From: Eledone cirrhosa
Lineage: Eukaryota
Length of the DNA stretch: 64,000 nt
Assembly: GCA_964016885.1 (NCBI GenBank)
Contig: OZ024741.1
Location: forward strand, 134,168,001-134,232,000
Reading direction: 5' to 3'
The position numbers and the translations under genes are program-made. Below the pieces are notes generated by a model, which worked only from the letters and a program-made list of their open reading frames with translations, was not told the DNA's origin and made no database searches. Each line of letters begins with the position of its first letter. Positions within the stretch are counted from its first letter, which is position 1. This document shows, piece after piece, positions 54,909-64,000 of this stretch.

Positions 54909-56235
54909 CAATATAAACAGTTTTATAGATAAATAGATTCGACATTCCGTAACAACACAGACTTGTATTTGGAGAGGTTGAGCTGGCAGTGAAAAAATTT
55001 TACACAGAGAGAAAGAAAGAGAGAAAAAAAGAGAGAAAAAAGAAAGAAAGACAGAAAACGAAGAAAAGGAAGAAAAAAGGAAGAAAAAGAAGAAATGCAT
55101 GGAACAAAGTAGAGAGATGGAGAGATAGATAAAGAGAAGAAACTTCATGTAAAGAAACAGAAAGAGATATATATATATAGAGAGAGAGGAAATAGAGATA
55201 GATACATATATATATAGAAAATTAGGTAGTGGAGGTCAGTTGAGTAAATGTATCAATGGTACATTTATTTATTTATTTATTTATTTATTTAGCTCTAGTA
55301 TTAATGTAAGGGAGATATATAGAGAGAGAAAGAATATAGAGAGAGAAAAAATAGCGAGAGAAAAAATTTAAAAATTTAAAAATAGCCAGATATATTCGAG
55401 GCGTAAAAACCCTATGTTTTAATGTATTAGTATTTATAAAACTTCCACTATATTGTAAATATCAGTATTCCTGAATGAGACAAGTATCCATAGTGTGTGA
55501 AAATTAATTATCTTATGTTTAGTTTTTTAAAAAATTCATATGTTTATGTGAAAGCTACAAACATCTATGTGAATCCACATGATCAACTCTGCAAACTCTA
55601 AGTTCACGGAAAACATTCTCAATGTGGTATAAAACTTTGAGTATACATATATGTGTATTATTATTCCTGTCTTTACTCTACAAGATTATCTATCAAGCAG
55701 AGATAGAGAGCAGATTTCAATATACTAATAAAAATATATATCAGAAACAAAACTAAAAAATAACAATAATAATAATAAGTAATAATAAAATAGAAAACTA
55801 AAAAAATATTACGAAAGAATATTACATATTAAAAATATTACATATTAAAAAATTTACATATTAAAGATATTAAGAATAAAAATAAAAAATATTAGAAAAT
55901 TAATTGACAATATATTGTCAAGTTCATTATAAGCATCAGAGTCGAAAAACAGACAAAGCCAAAAATTATCCATCAAATCACATCTAGCAAAGATCATTTC
56001 AAAAAGTTTATGATGCCCAAAATGGTCTACCTGTGTTCTTATATTTAATATAGAAGTTTATCTAGTGTAAGGTTTATTCAAAATATTTGGAGCATCAGCT
56101 TTTAGAGTAGCTTAATTTTTCATGAGGAATGTTTAAATAAAAATAAAATAAAAATAAACAATAAAAAGAATAAAAAGAAGGAATCAAAGATTTATCGGCT
56201 AGTTTCCCATATAAATATAAATCAAACTAAATATA

Positions 56236-58111
56236 CTACATTTTAAATTTAAATTTATATTTAAACGTTGAGTTTAATCTATGTTTGCAACAACTGAATA
56301 AATTTGTCCGTAGATTAAGGGAATTTTTAGATTTTAGTATAAAGAATATCTCCTTTACGCAGAGGTCACATGTCTCAGAGGATGAATTAAAAGGAATCCC
56401 TCTTGAGACTATATTCCAAGCCGTCGAATATCTAACGTTATCTAGCTTAAGTTGCCAGAGTACGCCTGATAGTGCCGTTGAAGATTTTTTGCTTGGATCT
56501 GTGAAAGAATTCTTGTGGTTATTATAGCGAAGTTTAAATTCCGTCGATGTGGAACCGACGTAGTTAAAAGAATTAGAGTCAGTATTAACATTACAATTGT
56601 ATACTATATTTTTAACTAAGCAGTTGTTATTTAACGGACATTTAGATCTATCTCTACAGTTACATTTGTTAACTTGTATATTATTTATGCTATTATCACT
56701 AGGTTTTAAGTTCCTATTGTTTATTCTATTAATATTTTGTGCTAAATTTTTGGTGGATGAGTAGGTTAATTTAATTGTATGCCTATTGAAAATTGAGTGA
56801 TATCTATGTGTTCTAGGGAAGCGATTATCAAGAGCTTTGAAAAATAGTTTAGCGATGTGGGTTTTAATGTTTAGTGAGAAGGGGGGGGGCAAACCAAATT
56901 ATGTTCCTAGTTCTATTTCTTTTTTGGCCATTGGAATTATTGTAATGCTTTCTATTATAGTTGTTAAGGTTGTTGCCGTTATTAAAAAAGTTGTTACTTT
57001 GTTTAGTTTGTCTATCATTATCTATGTACACAATCTTATCAGCATAACCTGCTCTAGCTAATGCTTCATTATAGTATTGGGCCTTTTCGTCGAAAATCTT
57101 TCTATTCGACGAGATCCTAGAGATACGTTTTTGAACAGAGTTTACAATAGTGTTTTTGACAGATCTGGGGTGGTTAGAGTTACAGTTGACATAGTTTAAG
57201 TTTTCATTCAACTTGTGAAAAGGATAGTGGAGACATGTGTTGAGATTTAATGTTATATCTAGGAAATTGACTATTCTATGGTTGTTCTCAATTTCTATTT
57301 TAAGATTAAAGTAATTAAAAAATTTTGTAATTTGTTTACATTTTCTATTTAGTTCAGGGTTATTATTATTAATAAGTAAAAGCATGTCATCTCTATATAA
57401 ACCTCCGGTAGTACCAGGTATTTTCCTATGTAGCGAATTGATTAAAAATAAGCCCACAAGGTCAGTTACCTGAGCTGAGTCGGATGATCCCATAGTTATG
57501 TCAAAATTGCTATCTCTATCTGCTCTGGTCCATAATTTGTCATTAAATTCTATCAAAGTTTTCCTAGCCGATAATATAATATGCATTTCTTTGCTAGTTA
57601 GGTCAGTATGTTTGAATGCGTAATTTAGTGCCTTATTTAGTAGACTAGGGGTAATAGAAGAATAATAGTTAGCTATATCAAGTTGAATAAACCTATTATT
57701 ATTGTTATATTTAATTTGCTTAAACCACTCAACAACCTCTCCAGTTCCCTTCCACAAGCTCAGGTTAGATACACAATCCAAGTTCTTAATTTGCTGTATC
57801 ACCCTGTCAAGAATGTTTTTGCTTAATTTGCCCAGGTCCGATTTTGATGGTGCGATCAATCTAACTGGCAGGTCATTTTCAAAATTCCTCTTGTGATCCT
57901 TCATATTGATCTTCGGTTTCCTGGGCACGAAAGGTTGTGTTCTGTTCTCAATTTCCAACTCGTGCATTATACAAGATGCTTCGACATTCATTTTCTCAAG
58001 TTCGGCCTTATCTGCTACCTTGTACTTTTTCCTCAGCTCTTTCAGTATGAGGCCATTATACATGTCTTTCTGCACTCCATAGAGGTTGTTGGTCTTGTCG
58101 GATTTCACCAA
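56236..58111 (-). pseudogene. PLE reverse transcriptase-GIY-YIG ORF, split by one frameshift at a G9 run (56881-56889)
   Basis: RT motifs: KSDKTNN, PVRLI, LDIANYYSSI, ITMGS, LYRDD, NFLDITL, YVNCNSNHP. The linker IIWF(A)PPFS spans the frameshift. EN motifs: CNCRDRSKC, NIVY...YVGST...FKLRYNNH, CDLCVKE. Confidence 0.9.
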
Positions 58112-58114
58112 GAT

Positions 58115-59090
<976 letters not shown>

Positions 59091-59099
59091 ATATATATG

Positions 59100-59188
<89 letters not shown>

Positions 59189-59189
59189 G

Positions 59190-59220
<31 letters not shown>

Positions 59221-59277
59221 GTATATATATATGTATATATATATATACATATATGTATATATATATATATATACATA

Positions 59278-59309
<32 letters not shown>

Positions 59310-59426
59310 CATATATATATATACATATATATACATATATATATACATATATATATATACATATATATATATACATATATATACATATATATATATACAT
59401 ATATATATATATACATATATATATAC

Positions 59427-59459
<33 letters not shown>

Positions 59460-59472
59460 CATATATATATAC

Positions 59473-59507
<35 letters not shown>

Positions 59508-59524
59508 CGTATATATATATATAC

Positions 59525-59591
<67 letters not shown>

Positions 59592-59930
59592 TATATACAT
59601 ATACATACATATACATATATATATATATTATATTCATACATATATATATATATATAAATACATATATATATTCATATATATATGTATACATACATATATA
59701 TATAAATACATATATATATTCATATATATATGTATACATACATACACACACATATACACACACACATATATATGTATATATATATATATGTACGTCAATA
59801 CTCATCTTTTTCCATATCTCTGAGGGTTCTAAACCCCACTATCAGGCTAAAATTTCTTTAGTAAAAAAAATACGGTGAAAGCTTATATTTCTAATTTTCA
59901 AACTCGCTCACTGTTTTCAAAACATACTTA

Positions 59931-60117
<187 letters not shown>

Positions 60118-60234
60118 TATATATATATATAATATGTGTATATTATGCTAATTGGGAGAGGAAACGGTATATAATTTATTGAGTGATACACATATATATA
60201 TACACATATATATATACACATATATATATACACA

Positions 60235-60306
<72 letters not shown>

Positions 60307-60339
60307 TACACACATATATATATATATATATACATATAT

Positions 60340-60430
<91 letters not shown>

Positions 60431-60458
60431 TATACATATATATATATATATGTGTATA

Positions 60459-60498
<40 letters not shown>

Positions 60499-60508
60499 TA
60501 TACACATA

Positions 60509-60548
<40 letters not shown>

Positions 60549-60552
<4 letters not shown>

Positions 60553-61265
60553 TCACGTGATGCGCATGAAAGACGACAGCTGTATAGCAAAGTGCAGGGC
60601 AATAAAGATAGACGGTAGCCACGGAGTAGGCAGACCCAGAAAAACCTGGGACCAGCTGATAAATTCCGACCTCACACACTTACACCTCTCCAAGACAATG
60701 TCACTGGACCGAGACCTTTGGCGGTACTCAGTAATAGAGAAGACCCGCCTTACCTAAATACAAAGTAAAACCTACTACAGTCAGTAGGCATCTCTAACAA
60801 AACACCCCCGTCCCACCCCCACCCCCAACACCCCATCCACACCGCCCCTTTCAATGTAAAGTTATGTTGGTGCCACAAAATCCAGGCCGAAACAAATGAG
60901 ATCGTGTAGGTGTCACGACAAAAAACACACAGTCCACGCTGTAATGTGACCGTGTAGGCAACACGGTAAAAACCTCCCAGTCCCACACTGTAAATGTGGT
61001 TGGTGTTAGGGAGGGCTTCCAGCTGTAGAAAACCCGCCAGACAGTCCACGCTGTAATGTGGCCGTGTAGGCAACACGGTAAAAACCTCCCAGCCCCACAC
61101 TGTAAATGTGGTTGGTGTTAGGAAGGGCATCCAACTGTAGAAAACCCGCCAGACAGTCCTATCCGAGCAAGACAATCACACTTGCCTCAAGTGGGAAAAC
61201 TCCCGTCCAAACCCATGCAAGCGTGGAACATGGACGTTAAACGATGATGATGATGATGATGATGA
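60549..61265 (+). mobile_element. RTE LINE 3' fragment with full 3' UTR (internal 112-bp duplication 60929-61152) and (GAT)n tail
   Basis: [12 protein letters not shown]...GRPRKTWDQ, same family as 13748-14410; tail GGACGTTAAAC(GAT)n. Confidence 0.85.
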
Positions 61266-61277
61266 TATATACACATA

Positions 61278-61361
<84 letters not shown>

Positions 61362-61367
61362 TTTATA

Positions 61368-61406
<39 letters not shown>

Positions 61407-61443
61407 TTTATATATATATTATATATATATATATATACACATA

Positions 61444-61512
<69 letters not shown>

Positions 61513-61616
61513 GTGTGTGTGTATGTATATATATACATATATATATATATATATACATACATATATTCATACATACATATATATAAATATACATACATAT
61601 ATATATATATACATAT

Positions 61617-61701
<85 letters not shown>

Positions 61702-61754
61702 AACATTTATTGTACTGCCTCTCTGTTTTGTCCCTGTTCAAAAAATTTTTTCAT

Positions 61755-61800
<46 letters not shown>

Positions 61801-62875
61801 CTAGCCGAATTACTGTGCCTTGCTGCGACTCACACATTTTTTTTGTAAGAAAATGATGATTGATTTTAAATCAGTGATATAATTTATGGAGAAAAACTCT
61901 GCATGTCAATATTACTCAATGTAAAATGTAATGCATGAAAAATTGGAAAACATTATTTTTTGTAATATATCAAATCAAAATTACATTATTAAATCTTATT
62001 CTTATTTTGTTTCTTGTAAATAATTTTTTTCAAAATATCAATTGAAAACTTGATCATTTCATTTTTGTGTAAAGCATTATTTTCAAATACAAATTCAAAG
62101 TTTAATTATTTATTTTTTAACATAATAAATATATGAAAATATATTTTATACTTTGTCCTAATGAAGAACTTCAGGGTAAACAAGATTTCTTGTCTTTCTT
62201 TGATTGGCTAAAATGTAGTGATTGGCTAAAATGTAGAGGTTTTTTGAAGTTCCAGTCCTTGAAACAGCCACATAAAACATGCCATGACTGAAACATGGGT
62301 TTGTCAGATCTATGCCAATAGTTTTGAAAGTTTTACCTCGACTCTTATTGATGCGGAGGGTTGATCATATTAACATATAGACTGATCTAGAGCAGTTAGA
62401 GAACTGTATACTATCAGACTTCATATATAGGTTCGATCAGACTTCATATATAGGTTCGTCTTCTTCAGAAACAATTATGTGAAAACTTTTGTAGATCTAC
62501 AAAATAAAATTGTAAAATTATAATATTATAAAATTCAATTAAATTGTTTAGAACTACAAGTGAAGTCATTCTTTTCCTTTTTTTTTCAAATATTCCTTAC
62601 TGTACCAAAGATTTCACACAATTGTTTCTGAAGAAGACGGTCTGATCAAACCTATATATGAAGTCTGACTGCTATAGATCTGTCTATTTTCACACATTTT
62701 TCTATATATAAATTCATAGAAAATGTAAGAAACTCGGATGCAGAAACAACTGTAGACATAGTATACGTAGTTAGTGTTATGAAGCGCATCCGACTGTGAA
62801 ACATAGCCTCAAAACGCCCCGCCCAACCTATTCCAGAATGGAAAAGTCGATGTAAAAAAGATGATGGAATCATAC

Positions 62876-62949
<74 letters not shown>

Positions 62950-63129
62950 TGGTATAGCAAGCTACATCGGACACTAGAACAGTTCCTTTATTTTCCTCGG
63001 GAAAAGAGATATTAATCTCGAAATATCAAGACATATGAATAAATTAAGGTAAAAAAACAAGCCCTGTTTCTTACGATTAAATTATCCTCCGCCCAAACCC
63101 GCATTGTCGTGGCTTTTAAACTTCGAATT

Positions 63130-63260
<131 letters not shown>

Positions 63261-63365
63261 TGTTTAACTCTGACGGCAGGGCTCAAGCCGTTTCGACACT
63301 ACTACCCTAAATATTGAGTACTCTGGTACGTTATGGTCCATCTGGTTCCTTACCACACTTCCTTC

Positions 63366-63425
<60 letters not shown>

Positions 63426-63883
63426 TATATGTGTGTACATTTAACGATCGACTTTCGTCAAATCGGACCGAGGAAACAATGTATCCATTGGTCTTTCCAA
63501 TTGCTAATACTCTTTATCGGTCGCAACTCCAGGTAGAAGGAGCAACGTGAAATAAAGTGTCTTGCTCAAGGACATAACGCATCGTCCGGTCCGGGAATCG
63601 AACTCACAACCCTACAATTGTGAATCCAATTCTCTAACCACTCACCCACACGCCTTCATATGTATGTATGTATGTGTGTGTGTGTGTGCGCGTGTGTGTG
63701 TGTGTGTGTGTGTGTACACGCAAACACGAGATGAGGGGCTATCAGAAGGTTTCCCTACTGCACGTGCTCTAATTGTGCTGTTGAACGGAAATGAGTAATC
63801 AGCTGACGAGTATTGGTTGACAGCGTATTGAATCGGTCAACAAATAGGCTTTATATTATTTTATTATTATTATTACTTTGATA

Positions 63884-63985
63884 TCTCGCCGAGGTTAACT
63901 TTGCCTTTCATCCTTACGGGGTTGATAAAATAAAGTACCAGTAATACACTGGGTTATTGCTGGCCTTGTGCCAAAAGTAGAAACA
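63884..63985 (+). mobile_element. 5'-truncated SINE family A
   Basis: TSD of at least 15 bp, ATTATTACTTTGATA (63869-63883 and 63986-64000). An internally deleted copy lies at ~53715-53845. Confidence 0.85.
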
Positions 63986-64000
63986 ATTATTACTTTGATA

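Larger units (their letters stand above)
54712..58113 (-). mobile_element. 5'-truncated Penelope-like retroelement with C-terminal endonuclease (possibly Hydra clade)
   Basis: RT plus GIY-YIG coding region followed by a ~1.5-kb 3' region with a hammerhead. The 3' end abuts (TA)n at the same point as the copy at 41618. Confidence 0.9.

Noticed and set aside
61801-61835. Helitron 3' end on the minus strand (CTAG next to (TA)n)
   Set aside because: No convincing subterminal hairpin or matching 5' end found.

Overview
This is AT-rich, microsatellite-dense eukaryotic DNA, not prokaryotic. The SINE families and (TA)n/(CA)n load suggest a cephalopod such as an octopus (inference). Most ORFs in the track are translations of simple repeats. 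There is one probable small spliced host gene (minus strand, exons 5917-5954 and 3461-3957, ~171 aa coiled-coil protein). Mobile elements include a non-autonomous Helitron, a Helitron helicase remnant, a complete but frameshifted hAT/Buster transposon (TIRs plus 8-bp TSD), RTE- and CR1-type LINE fragments, many tRNA-derived SINEs, and a 5'-truncated Penelope-like element (PLE; RT plus C-terminal GIY-YIG). A 200-N assembly gap lies at 46129-46328. The most interesting signal is an RNA system. A near-perfect 310-bp tandem array (29451-31574) carries a complete type I hammerhead ribozyme in each of 7 units on the minus strand, which is the architecture of a circRNA-producing non-LTR retrozyme. 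The array sits in (TA)n with a 5' inversion, in the same window as a (TA)n-inserted, hammerhead-bearing PLE that could mobilise it. Several other intact, variant or decayed hammerhead motifs and an unusual density of fold-back palindromes are also present. All structures were read by eye; nothing was computed or database-searched.
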